A stretch of 64,000 nt of DNA from the human T2T-CHM13v2.0 reference genome, Homo sapiens, in assembly GCF_009914755.1 (NCBI RefSeq), contig NC_060939.1. One strand, 5' to 3'. Under the pieces are notes generated by a model, which ran no database searches, was not told where the DNA came from, and was given only the letters and a program-made list of their open reading frames with translations. The first letter of the stretch is position 1, and every line of letters starts with the position of its first letter. The position numbers were made by a program, and so were the translations under genes. Positions 45,300 to 57,624 of this stretch are shown here, in pieces.

Positions 45300-46020
45300 C
45301 CAATCATAGCGGCCTCCATCCCCCTGCAAGAACTCCCGGCTCCAATCAGGGAAGTCTCCATGCCATCCTCAACGCGCAGCAGATTCATTCTTCCTTCGTG
45401 CCTTTGCTCATGCTGTTCCCCTCCACCTCCCCACCCCACCCCACCCCCTTTCCAGGAATGCCCTCCCTCCTTTATACCGCTCCCAATTCCACCCAGGCTC
45501 TAAAGCATAGCTCAAGTCGCGGCTTGTCAGGGTCCCTGCAGCCAAGGCCACTGCCTGCCTCTGAAAGAAACGCATGTAGTACTCACAACATGGAGGCTCA
45601 GGCGTCAGCCACGAGCTCCTTCCTTTGGAGCCCGTTGAACACCCGCCCTCCCCCCGCAGACTCCGCACCATTCCCCCCCTTCCCATTCATACCTAAATGA
45701 TAGCTTTGCCACAAATAAGTCAGTCTCCTTTAAGAGCAGAAGAATTGGCTTTTCTAGGTGGGGCTGATCAGGGAGGCTGCGTGGATGTAGAATACAACAG
45801 CCAAGGCCTCTGGCACCAAATGGAACAGCTGTTCAGCTCACACTGACCTTTCTTTGGGCCCGTGGGTGTTATGAGCCCTTCAGCTTTAACTTTTCTGATA
45901 GAGTGTCTATCAGGTTTCTACCTGTTAGATCCTCTGGCCACTTTCCTGCTGTGTGTGGACTTTGGGCTGTGGGGCTCTGCCACCTTTTAGACTCCTAGTG
46001 GATGGTGAATCTGATTGGCT
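45300..46020. promoter_or_regulatory. CCAAT (NF-Y) boxes
   Basis: CCAATCA at 45300-45306 and 45342-45348 (42 bp apart); CTGATTGGCT at 46011-46020. Confidence 0.55.
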
Positions 46021-46454
46021 TGGGTTGCCTGGCCTTTGAGTTCTCAGTTCCCTGCCTTGGCCTGAAACCCTCTTGCTTTTGTCCACTGTGCCCTCTCTCC
46101 TGGCCCACAGACTTAAGGCCCAGACTCACACTGAATGCTTGCACGTGGTGAGGGTTGAGGGTGGGGGTGCAGAGAGGAAGAACACCTGTGTGCAAAATAA
46201 GCCGCCCCCCCGCCCCCGGGGCCTCTTGGATTACGCTGTGCTCCAACTACCCATTGCACGAGTTGCATCACACAAATGAGCCCCCTTTTCCATACTCTAA
46301 GGTCTCTATTAGCTTAGCCACTTTAGGAAACTATAGGTGGTTTACGACATTCATTTTGCATACATATCTTCATGTGGGTGTGTAAAGACAGTATTTTTGT
46401 GGACCTAATTGATAGACATGGTGTGCACTAGACAGAAGCTTTGAAGGATAAAAA

Positions 46455-46670
46455 TAGCTAATGTTTGTTGAACACTTTGTGTGCCAGACTAGCACTTTCC
46501 ATACATTATCATAGTTATTCCTCCCCAAGAGTGTATAATGTAGGTATTATTAGTCTCCCTCTGTTACAGATGAAATGGAAGCTTAGGTTAATTAACATTC
46601 TTAAAATTACCCAATTAGTAAATGCAGGAGCCAAAATTTGAGTCCTGGAAGTTTAATTCCAGAGCCTGCA
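46455..46670 (-). mobile_element. MIR
   Basis: GTAGGTATTATTAGTCTCCCTCTGTTACAGATGAAATGGAAGCTTAGG core. Confidence 0.7.
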
Positions 46671-47035
46671 AGCTATGCTGAAACTGGAATTACGCTGAAA
46701 AATCTTGAATGTAGGTATATATATACGTGTGTGTGTGTATGCCCTATATCACGTTGAGGAAAGTTGCCAAGTTCCCCAAGGTTCTAATTTTTTGCCTTGC
46801 CAAGAGAGAATGATGGCTCCAAGTTGCAACACCCTGGGAGGGGGAGATCCTTAGGAAGTGGGAGAGTCATCGAGGGGGTAACGTATCTAAGGTCTGCCAA
46901 AGGCCTTAAGAAAAGGAAGCCGAGAACCAAGACGTTTTATAAAAAGTTCGCTACCGGGTGTCACACAGGCTGGCTTCCCAAGTGCAACTTCTGAGAGTTT
47001 TTAATGGGTTCCATAAAAGAGCCAGGTCACCCCAG

Positions 47036-47088
47036 CAGCCACTAGAGGGCTCACGAAGCTGCAGCCGCGGGCTGCCCTCTAGCGGCGG
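47036..47088. promoter_or_regulatory. Inverted pair of CTCF motifs
   Basis: CAGCCACTAGAGGGCTCAC (+, 47036-47054) and CCGCCGCTAGAGGGCAGCC (-, 47070-47088). Confidence 0.75.
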
Positions 47089-47651
47089 TGCTGACCGGAG
47101 TGTGGTGGTAAACCTTTTCCGGCCTTCCAGGACCTACAGGGAGTTGAAGGAGACCAGCAATGGGAGGGGTGGCAGAGAGTATCAGACTGAGGAGACCTTA
47201 TTGCCAGAGTGAGATACCCTTTCAGGGAGGAAAGGGGCAGCCCTCACTACTCACTTAACATCTGGGAGTACAGTGGGTGTTTTGTTCCAGTCTTCAGAGA
47301 AGACTGTGAATAAAATCATGACATTAAGAAATCTGATGAAGTTACCCAAAATTTTGAGTGTGGACTCAAGCCAAACCCAGGGACCCTGAATAAAGGCAGG
47401 AGTGTAGCCATGTGCTTCTCATATTATGTGGGTTCCTTTGATTGTGCAACCCTGTACTGAGGACCCTCAAGGACCCAGAATCAATGTGGCTCATTTTCTC
47501 TGAGCATCATTTTGACTCTCTGGTAAATAAGGTAAGACATTGTAGTAAGCATGACTTTTTAAGATAACACACAAGTATTACCCAACCCTGAGGAGCCTAA
47601 GTTTATTCTCTACTGGGAAAGTGTACACCAGAGGAAAATTTTGAGGAACAC

Positions 47652-47810
47652 TGATGTAGTGGGTTAGAAAAACCTGGCCTTGGAGTCAGAAGACCTGGGA
47701 ATTCAAACCCTCTGTTTCGATCTCTATAAAAATGAAAATAATGATGTACATCAGAGGGTTGCTATAAGGAAAACATGAAAAGTTATAGGTAAACCAGGGA
47801 AGTGTTGTCC
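47652..47810 (+). mobile_element. MIR
   Basis: GTAGTGGGTTAGAA...TTGGAGTCAGAAGACCTGGG...CTCTATAAAAATGAAAATAAT. Confidence 0.65.
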
Positions 47811-48059
47811 ACATTTAGAGAGTATCTACAAGATGGATTGTCAGCACCTCAAAGGAAATGACTATTTTATTTATCCTAGTAGTCCCAGGACATAATTCCT
47901 GACTCCTGACTATTTAATAAATATTTGTGGAATTTAGTAGTTAACTAACCCTCATTTTCCTAGCCCAATCCATTATATTGTCTTGCTCTCTTGTGTCTGT
48001 AAACCTTGTCTCCTTTATGAAACTGTAAACATTTTATACTGTCCAGACTGTAGTATATA

Positions 48060-48420
48060 CATTTATCATGCCTGATATATAGCAGTATTGGGCACGGAAA
48101 ATATGAATAAATAAGACCTGGCCCCAACTTGAAGTAGTTTACATTTTTGTGAAGTAGAGCAACATATTAACATATATAAGATGATGAGTTATAAACATAT
48201 CCACTAGTGTTGTGGAGTCATAATGGAGGGAGGGATTGGTCTTGCTCAGGGTAGAAGAACTGGAGAAGGCATCATGGCTGGCATTTTAATTGGGTCTTGT
48301 TGGATGAATAGGAGTTGAGTAGGCAGAGCAACAGAGGGAAGATGATTTCAGATAAAGGGAGTAACATGAGCACTGGTGTGAAGCCATGAAAGGGTATTGT
48401 TTGCTGAAGGAATAATGCAT
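48060..48420. mobile_element. L2 fragment
   Basis: GGATGAATAGGAGTTGAGTAGGCAGAG...GGGAGTAACATGAGCA resembles the L2 3' region. Confidence 0.5.
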
Positions 48421-50292
48421 AGCACGGTGTTGACTCTGTGATCAGATCCTAAAGTAGTATAGGCGAGGGAAAAGAAGGAGAGAGAGACAAAAACCCACTT
48501 TACAAAATGTTACTTTGCATTATAGTTAGGATCGTTCTATCAAAGGAAGGCCTGAAAGTCGGTTTCATTATTGGTACATACTGATTAAGTGCTGAAAGTA
48601 TACATTTCACTTCCACAAAGTATGGTGGTTTACCAGATATGGAAAAGGTAAAGTTCTACCCTGTTCTCCTTCTTTCCCAACTTGAATATAAAAATAAAAT
48701 ACTCCTCTCATCCTCTTTTCCCCTGATCATTACTTCCTCTGTCTTTTTCCATTGCAAGCTTTCTCCTCTAGAAGCTGAAAGTAGAGTTTAATGACCTACA
48801 TGTTATTTAAGAGAACAAGGAAAGAAGGCTTTTCACCTCTCCCAATTCTTCCTTGATAGCAGAAAGTGATGGATAATTTCTTTCAGCTAAGCTGTTGTCT
48901 TTCAAAGTGCAAGTAGTCCTAGGAGGGCTTATATATATATAAGTTTCAATGCTGTAATGTGATTGAGCTTTCTTTCAGTCTTTAATAGCATTAGAGAGAA
49001 GAGGATGTGGGAGGGAGTGAAGAGGAGAAAAATAAAAGCAGCAGCAAGATTACAGAAGAGGGAAGTTGGGGGGTTCAGAACTAAGTTAATATTGGCAAAT
49101 TTTGATACATGTTCTCAATACCAAGAGTGCTAATGTAAGTATGCTGTGAAAATGTGAATTCTTCTGTTAGAGCACAAATATGTCATTATGTCATTAAAAC
49201 AATGTATAGCCCAGTGTTAAGGCTAAGTAGCCTAACTATTCAAATACTGTCAAGGCAGCAGACTGTTAACACCGTCACTACCTGGCTATGTGACCCTATC
49301 TGTACAAGTCATTCTTTCAAGTACCTTTGCTTATCTCTAAGGATTAGTGGGATAAAGTTCACATAATATACTCAGCTCTTCAAGTGAGTAGTATGATGAA
49401 ACAAATGCTAGATCCCGCTTTGATTTCACTTAGAAATTTTCCACTGTTGGTACCATATACATGTTTATGTTGTAACTTTCAATTCTTTTACATTAAAGAA
49501 GGTTCAAGTTAATATCATCTACATACATTTTAAAGGAAGTGTTTACTTTAACTTGGGCCAAAAGGTCCCAAGTAGAAATTTGATATCTTAGAAATTCAGG
49601 AAAGGAGTGGCTGTGAACAGAAGCAGATAAAGAAAAACACTAAATTGTGACACTAAAAGTGTTTTAGTTATTTACTTAACACTAAAAGTGACAATGAAAA
49701 GACACCAGAGCCAATCCCACAGTGAGGAAGTCAGTGCCAGTGCAGTCTGAACAGGTGGGGCCTAACCAATAATTCACAAGGTCGATCATTCCTCCATTCC
49801 TTTCAAGGCACATTCGAGAACCTGCTATGTACAAGTTACTATATTGGGACCTTAGAAAGATTAAAAAATAAGTAGTAAAATATTGTTCTCATTTTCAAGA
49901 AGCTCATAATCTAATTGGAACACTACACATGTCAGCCCATACATATTTTTAAAAGTGAAATAAAAACACAAAAAACAAACAAAAGGTGTGTGACAGGATA
50001 ATTTATTGAGCTATTTATTTGGGTTTTATGCTCCTTATATTTTCCCTCCCTTCCATTCCAAGCAGGCTTCAAGGGAACTTTGTGTTACTAGGCAGAAAGT
50101 TGTCTGACAAGAGCTCTCTCTTAGGCAACTCCAGGGGGCACCATTCACATTTTAAATGAAGCCTCCTGGAACAGGACTCCTTAGAATGCAGTGTCAATGT
50201 TATTTCTGGAATTGGACCCAGCAATCTGTCTTTCAAGTTTGTTGCTCCTTGAGGAGATGTTGCTAGGGGGTTAAAAAGGTAAGCACATCTGG

Positions 50293-50352
50293 GGAGAGAG
50301 AGAGAGGGAGGGAGGGAGGGAAGAAAGGAGGGAGGGAGGGAAGGAAGGAAGG
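50293..50352. repeat. (GA)n/(GGGA)n/(GGAA)n simple repeat
   Basis: Read directly. Confidence 0.92.
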
Positions 50353-50354
50353 GG

Positions 50355-50594
50355 CGCTGAGACAGGTGGATCACAAGGTCAGGAATTCAAGACCAGCCTG
50401 GCGAAGATGGTGAAACCCCGTTTCTACTAAAAATACAAAAATTAGCCGGGCATGATGGCAGGTGCCTGTAATCCCAGCTACTTGGGAGGCTGAGGCTAAG
50501 GCAGAGAATTGCTTGAATCAGGGAGGTGGAGGTTGCAGTGAGTCGAGATTGTGCCACTGCACTCCAGCCTGGGCGACACAGTGAGGATCTGTCT

Positions 50595-50626
<32 letters not shown>
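50355..50626 (+). mobile_element. AluSg-like (AluSg4-type AAGATGG), 5'-truncated, pure A31 tail
   Basis: GGATCACAAGGTCAGGAATTCAAGACCAGCCTGGCGAAGATGG; A-run at 50596-50626. Confidence 0.92.
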
Positions 50627-50631
<5 letters not shown>

Positions 50632-51429
50632 AAGAAGAAGCATCTATGGGCAGGTGGAATTACAGAAAAAAAAATTCCCATGAGCTGTAGAAAATCAAAG
50701 ATTGGGGTTCCAGTAGTAAGAATAAGAGTACCCCAGGGAGATACTCTAACCTCATATGGATGCACAATGCCATTAGGGAGGCTGGATTCCCTTGCCTCTC
50801 TTGGCCCATAAGTGGAGGAATTGCCAGTGAGGATGTCAAAGTCCATCTTCCATTTTCTAGGCTCAACATAAGTCTTTCAAACTCTACTGCAGTACTAGGA
50901 AGAGAGGAAAGCCCAGTAAGAACTGAGATTGGATTTCCTTCTACTCCAGCAGAATTAAGGCTGAGATCACTTAAGTCTGTGGTAAATTTAATTTGATTTA
51001 AAGAATAGTGACATGTCTTGCACACCCAAATTTGTACTTGCAAATTTATACTTCCTAGTGGTGGATGCTATATAAAAAAGACACTGGTAGGTGAGATATA
51101 TAAGATTAAAAACCAGTGAATGGCGTAGCTAATAACTGCTAAGGAAGTTTAGAGAAAGAGCAAAAGGAGCTAAAGTTAAAAGTGGCGTGGAGGACTTGGG
51201 ATGGAGCTAGAGTGTGAGTAAAATGAAGGATTTATAAAGGTGGGAGAAAGAATGGAGACAAGTCCGAAGGGAAAGGCAGTGTGAGTAGAAGCAGGAAAAC
51301 GAGCATGCAAATGACAAGACACACAGAAGACTGGTCTAATTGGAGTGAACAGCTGATGATAAAGGTTATATGGGGTACCAAATTCCGAGTGTATTCAAGC
51401 TAGTCTGAGGAGTTTGTGCTTCCATACTG

Positions 51430-51845
51430 TGTACAAAGCGAGGTTCTACGAGAGAACAAGTAGTAGGAGATATATATTTTATATTTGTATGTTTACATAT
51501 TTTAAAGGAATTGGCTTATGTGATTGTGAGGCTGGCAAGTCTGAAATCTGTAGGGAAGGCCAAAATGCCTTGCATAGTGGATGCTGCAACCCACAGGTGA
51601 AATTTCTTCTTCCTTAGGGAAAAAAAAAAACAAAATAATTCAGTTTTGCTCTTAAGACCTTTCACCTGATTGGATGAGACCCACCAAAATTATTTAGGAT
51701 AATCTACTTAAGTCAACTGATTGTAGCTAATTAACCACATCTGCAAAATACGTACCTTTACAGCAACATCCAGCTTAGAGTATGATTTGAATAGCTGGGT
51801 ATGTGTCAACTTGGCTAGGCCAAGGAACCATGACACTTACCACAC
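51430..51845 (-). mobile_element. MLT2-family (ERVL) LTR
   Basis: GGAATTGGCTTATGTGATTGTGAGGCTGGCAAGTCTGAAATCTGTAGGG...CTGATTGGATGAGACCCACC. Confidence 0.75.
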
Positions 51846-53609
51846 TCTGTAAGTCACTCCTCATGTATTTGAGAAGATGTCTTTGGATTTTCTTTATGTG
51901 GATCTCAGGAAAGGTAATTTCTTATGAAGTGGGCCAACCTGTCTCCTTTCCAAGAATAGATCTACTTTCTCTGCTCTTCCCTGTACATAAATGTTTATTC
52001 CCAAGGATGAATTTCTATTTTTCTTCATCCCTTTTTCCCTTACCATCTCCTGAAGTTATGCCAGTGTTATATTGTGGCTGATGTTAGTATGTTTTTGTTT
52101 TCTCCGTTTAAAATGCCTCTAATTATGCCTGTAGTGTCATTCTCCTAATTCAGCAAAGCCTCAGGTTGTCGGCCATATCCACAGTCACCCTCCAAGCCTG
52201 GCTCTATTGATGTAAGCTTCCATCCTTGTCTCTTGTAACCCTGGCCCCCTAGTTGGAACAGGGCTCAACATTTGACACCATGACAATCAATCTTCCGGCT
52301 AGACAGTGGCTTATGAGCTGACTCAATAAAACCTTTGCCCAAGGAAGATGTTAGTAATTAGCTAACGGATTGATTCCTTTTTTGGAGAGTATGAATATGA
52401 TAAGGAGAGAAGGTTAGGCAGTTGGGAGTAAAAACAGTAGCTGAAAGATACACAAGAGAAAGCTAACCTCAGAAACCATTAGACAACAACCAGAAGAGGC
52501 AATGATTAAGCAGAAACTGTGTGAAGAGGAGCTCAGAGGGCTTAAAGAAGATAAGATAATGGCTTAGTGTTGATAGGAGCAGTAGGCCCAGGGAATGATA
52601 GAAGCTGAGTAAATTTCCTCATGGAGCACCAGAGAAAGCAGGTGCAAATGAAGAGGAATGGATTATTGGCCAGGCCTTGGGGAAATTCAGGATAACCACC
52701 CAGAAATCCAGGAACAGACATACAAGCGACGGCATAGAAACTTAAGGGGAGCTGGGGAGTGAAAAGTTTGTTTAGGCTCCAGTGCAGCTCTAGCAACTGA
52801 ATTATCTTCTCAGACACTCAGGAGAAGACTTTCATTACTTCCTTAGTTTAGTGTGATTTTCTCCTCCCCCAGAGAGTCTTACACATAAAGTTATGGTGTG
52901 AAGGGCTCACTCTTTTGTCAAGAATTGCATCCTCTCAGCAGTTTTCCCTTATCCATTCCCTACCCACTCCCAGCCAGTTTGTGTTAGCTGTCTCTTTTCT
53001 GTGGCTCTGTGGTACCTTGTACAGCCTTATGTCATACTATCTCATTGTAGGCTAATTGTAGGTTTGTTTGCCTATTTCTTGCATCTACACTCCCTCTACC
53101 TGACTTCCAGTACTACAAACTATATTTGGTCAGGAAGTATGTTTTTAATCTTCTCTATATCTCCAACATATACTATAGTCACTCCCACAAAGTAGCCAAA
53201 CAATGAATGTTTGTTGAATTGAGCTATTAGAAAAACCTTTTTTTTTTTTTTTTTTTGTCCAGGCCACAAAATAAAAGCAGAATGTCAGAAAAAGCAGAAT
53301 GGGCTAATAAGAAAGCTCAATATCTTATTCATAATAATGGTGTAGGAGCTGAGAACATAGTTAATTTGTACTTAAAATTCATGTCTCCATGACTTTACAA
53401 AAATTTTTCAAGCAGCCAACTGTGTCTGTTCAGCCTGACATCTGGTGCTACAATTCTCCAGATTTAAAGGTACTCTGGCCAGCTTTGTTCCTTTTAAGGA
53501 AAAGAGTCTGCTGCGTGCTTCCTGTAACCTCTAGTTTCTTATCTGAATTCAGATCCACACTCTTGGGCAGATGAGGCTTGAGGCTGACCCTCATGGAGAT
53601 CCCCCGGGC

Positions 53610-53825
53610 TTCCAAATTTAGAGTCTAGGATCCAAATCTCAGCTCTACCACTTGCCATTTTTGTGATCTCAGGCAAGTTCTTTGCTTCTCTGAGCCTCAG
53701 TTTTCCAATTGGTAAAAGTGGGGATAATAACTCCTTCACTCAGTTGTACTGATAATTTAATGAAAAATATTTCTGAAAATACTCCACACAATGCTTTACA
53801 CATAGTAAAAGCCAAATAAATTATG
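53610..53825 (+). mobile_element. MIR
   Basis: CTCTGAGCCTCAGTTTTCCAATTGGTAAAAGTGGGGATAATA core. Confidence 0.8.
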
Positions 53826-54919
53826 AATTTCCCTTCCTTTTTTTCTGGAAGGTAGAGAGGAGAAGGGAAGGAATAGATTGATGGCAGGGGATAAGGGCCC
53901 TAAAAATGACAGGAGTCCTGAAAACCAAAAGTGGTGGCAGCCTAGTTTTTACATGCCACTACTTTATAGTCTGATAAAGCACAGGTCATGATCACTAAAA
54001 GCCACACGGCACCTAAGATAGCTGCTGCAAGAAATTCCTTGATCAGAGCACAGAAGGACATTCAAACTCTGCGTGTTTGAAATGCACAAAGCAGATAGGG
54101 AAAGAGGCACCATTGGATGGCAAGAAGAAAAAATTTTGCCTACACCAAGCAAAAAAACCCCAAAAATCATAAAACAAGGAGAGGTTCAACACATGCTATG
54201 TCAGAGAGTCCTGGGAGTGTACAGAGGTGTCTGACTTTAACCCCCTCCAAATATCAACCCCAGAACTGAAAAAGGAGAAAGAACGGAAGGTCTTCATAAT
54301 CAGTTGGAAAATCTTACACAATATTTATAGGAACTTTAAACACGTATCCCTTCTGAGGTCCCTAAAGAAAGCCAAATGACACTAGCTATTCAGGGACTCA
54401 AAACCCCAAATAATATTAGAGATGAGGGTCTGTGCTTTCTAGCTACTCTCAGAAGGGTTCTCTTAGTGAGTATTAAAGCTGTTAAAGTTAGCTCTTGATG
54501 TACTCTGAACAGGCTACTCAGCAGTCAGGAATTGAGGTATGGCAGGGAGGGAGTAGAATTCCATAACAGGATGAGCTTGTTAGCCAAATCTGACTGAAAA
54601 TGTCACTTATCGCTGCCCAATGTATAAGGTGGAAAAAGTGGCTAAAAATTACAGCTCTTCACAATCAGTGTCTCCCACTCCCATGAAAGAACATTAAAAA
54701 AAAATGGAATAGACTACCCAATGTGTTGTTAAAGGCAAGTGACTTGAGACTTGCCCCTCAGAGAATTGTTGGAATAGGGCTTCACTTTTCTCTCTGTGTC
54801 AAAGAAACTTTGAGTATCTTTTTAAATGTTTTGAAATAAAAATGGCAAGAACATAGGTTATCACCCACAAATTATATTTAATGGTGTTTTGAAAGAGTTA
54901 ATTCAAAAATCCTGTGTAT

Positions 54920-57615
54920 GAAGAGTAAATCAAGATGCCAGCCTGCAGGAAAGTTACCTCTACCAAATCTTATGAAATGACAGAAAAGATTAAAGGGGGT
55001 GAGGTTAATTGGTAACAGGACAGGGGACAAGAAAAATGCCGTAAGTGTATGAGAAATTTTCAGGAGATGGGATCAGACTTTAGAAAAACATACTAGAGCA
55101 ACTGTGCCATACATTTGGCTCTAGATTGCTGAGGAGGTAGGATAAATTTCAGGGATGCTACAAGCTCAGAGAGAACAGGTTCTATGAATAGGACATCCTA
55201 GGGTAATGGCCAGAGTGATTAACTGAAACACTGCATTTGGAGCAGCTGGACTGCTACTCACATTCCCTTCTTTTGCTTGTAATTGTCCACAGATTAAGTA
55301 GTGAGCCTGTGGATTCTGAGAGCCAACAGACAGAAGAGTAGCAGTGGACCCCAGGAGGCACAGGGAGGCTCCTCACTCTGAAAAGAAACACTCTCCCCAG
55401 CAATATGCCCTTCCCTTCACCTATAATCACAAGTTGACCCACATCAAGCAGAAGGAGAGAGCTAACAGGGATTCTTATTTATAAAGTAAAAGAATAATCC
55501 AATACAAGAATAATACAAGTTTGCAGAGACACCAAACTCAGAAAAAATAATACCTAACGAAAGAGAGTTTATAAATTTAAAAAAGATGAATACAAATTCT
55601 TTTTATAAATTTTATAGTTTTAAGAAAATATAATTATTGTATATAAAATATATACTTATAAATATCACAAATATAACAATTATCCTCAAAGAGGTTCAAG
55701 ATATTACATCCATGAAAATGAAACAATGATCCCAGAAATTTAAAAACATGATTTTTGAAATAAACTCAGGACATATGTATCACCAATAGAATCTCTTTGA
55801 AAGGATGACTATAGGATAAATTTTAACAAAATAAATGATGAATCCAAGAAAGATGAAGGTGAAGCATTCAAGAATCAGTGGAGAGAAAAGAGATGATTTG
55901 TCTAAATATGACATATATTTAAAATTAATAGCATAAAATTAAAATCTAGATTAGACGTTGGCAAATGTTTTCTGTAAAAGACCAGATAGTAAATATTTTC
56001 AGTTTTGTGTTCCATATAGACTCTGTTGCAACCACTCAGCTCTGCTGTTGTAGTGTGAAAACAGTCATAGATAATATGTAAATGAATGTGCGATAAGACT
56101 TTACAAAAGCAGGGGGCAGGTGAACCCCTGTTCTAGATGATTGCAACATAAAGATGGCAGGGACAAAGCATGATGGAGAGATAGGAGGTAAGTTCTAAAA
56201 GCTGTATGTTTTATAACTTTTATATAGCTGTGTGTATATGATAAACACATACACACACATATGGAACACCAGATGGCAGAAAAAAAGTCAAGCCATCAGT
56301 GATTCCAGTACATGACACATGGACAGAATTTCTTTAATAAAAAAATCTCAAATTTAGAAAAAGACACCTAAAAAGAAGGTTGGAAATAAAAACGTAGAAA
56401 GATACATCAGGCAAGTTCTAATAAGGATAACAAATATAGTAACAATGTTAGACAAAAAAGAATAATGCGAAAAGGGTTTGACAAGATAAAAAATGTTCAT
56501 ATTAGTGAAAAATAGAATTCTGTAAGAAGCTCTACTAATACTGAACCTTTATAAATCTAAGAATATAACATCAAATGTCATCTTTATAACCTATAAAGTG
56601 AAAATGATAGAAATATAAGTAGGAATGAAAAATACAGAGCCATTTTAGAAGACTTTAACACACATCTCAAATTGATAGATCAAGTAGGAAAAAAGTAAGG
56701 ATAGAGAGGATTAGAATAACAAAGAAGCTTGATCGAATAAAGGACTTTGTATGAATAAACAGTGAATGCATAGTCTCCTCAAACACACATGAAACATTAA
56801 CTAGCTGCTAAAACACAAAGAAAATGTTAAATTTCAAGATAAATCATTCAGGTTACATTTTTTATACTGAAATAAAATTTGTAATTAATAAGCAAATTGT
56901 TTATAAACTTGGAAATAAAAACCACTCCTTTAATACAAAAAAATTTAAAATGAAATTATAAATTATTTACAAATGATAATATGTTAAAATTATTGAACAT
57001 TGTTATACAACCAGCATTATGCTAAGTGATCTACATGGATTATCTTTTTATTTTCACAGTAATCTTGGGAAGTTGATTCCATTATCATCTCATGTCACAG
57101 ATGAGGAACTGAAGCACAAAGCTGTACTAAATAACCCGGCCAAGGGCACACAATCCATAAATGACAGTGTTGGGATATGAACCTAGATAGCATGATTCAG
57201 AGCTAGTGTATTTAACTGCAACAATAAGAATGACAGTGAAAACAATACAAATCAAAATCTACATATACTCAGAGAAAATGCAGCCAGGTATGCGTGTTTT
57301 AAAAATAAGAAAAGATTGGCTAGAAATAAATCATGTATAAAGCTTAAAAAGCTAGTGAAAAAAATACATAAAGTAGAAGCAAGGGTATTACTAAAGGAAA
57401 AAAACATGAATAAAATGTTGGGGGTTGGGGTGGGATAAATTTGTATAAAACTAAGAGATGATTTTTTGAAAAGAACCAAAAATGTCAAAAGTCTGGAATG
57501 TCTCACCAAGGTTAAAAAAAGAGAGAGTTATCAGCATTAGAAATTAGAAGGGGATATAATTATAGGTATGAAATAGATTTTGAAAAGTTTGAGGTGAATA
57601 CTGAATTTAAGCTAA
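54920..57615 (+). mobile_element. Very old L1M remnants containing MER58A and MIR (about 56990-57215) insertions
   Basis: A-rich L1-like sequence, e.g. GAAGACTTTAACACACATCTC...GATAGATCAAGTAGG. Confidence 0.55.
55954..56131. mobile_element. MER58A (hAT-Charlie)
   Basis: TTGGCAAATGTTTTCTGTAAAAGACCAGATAGTAAATATTTT...ACCCCTG. Confidence 0.8.
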
Positions 57616-57624
57616 TTTTTACTT

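Noticed and set aside
45511-45530. p53-like site GCTCAAGTCG CGGCTTGTCA near the promoter
   Set aside because: Only 15/20 match, within chance expectation.
50496-51043. Overlapping 78-127 aa ORFs considered as a processed pseudogene
   Set aside because: No recognisable protein, no poly(A)/TSD structure, and partly derived from the Alu tail.
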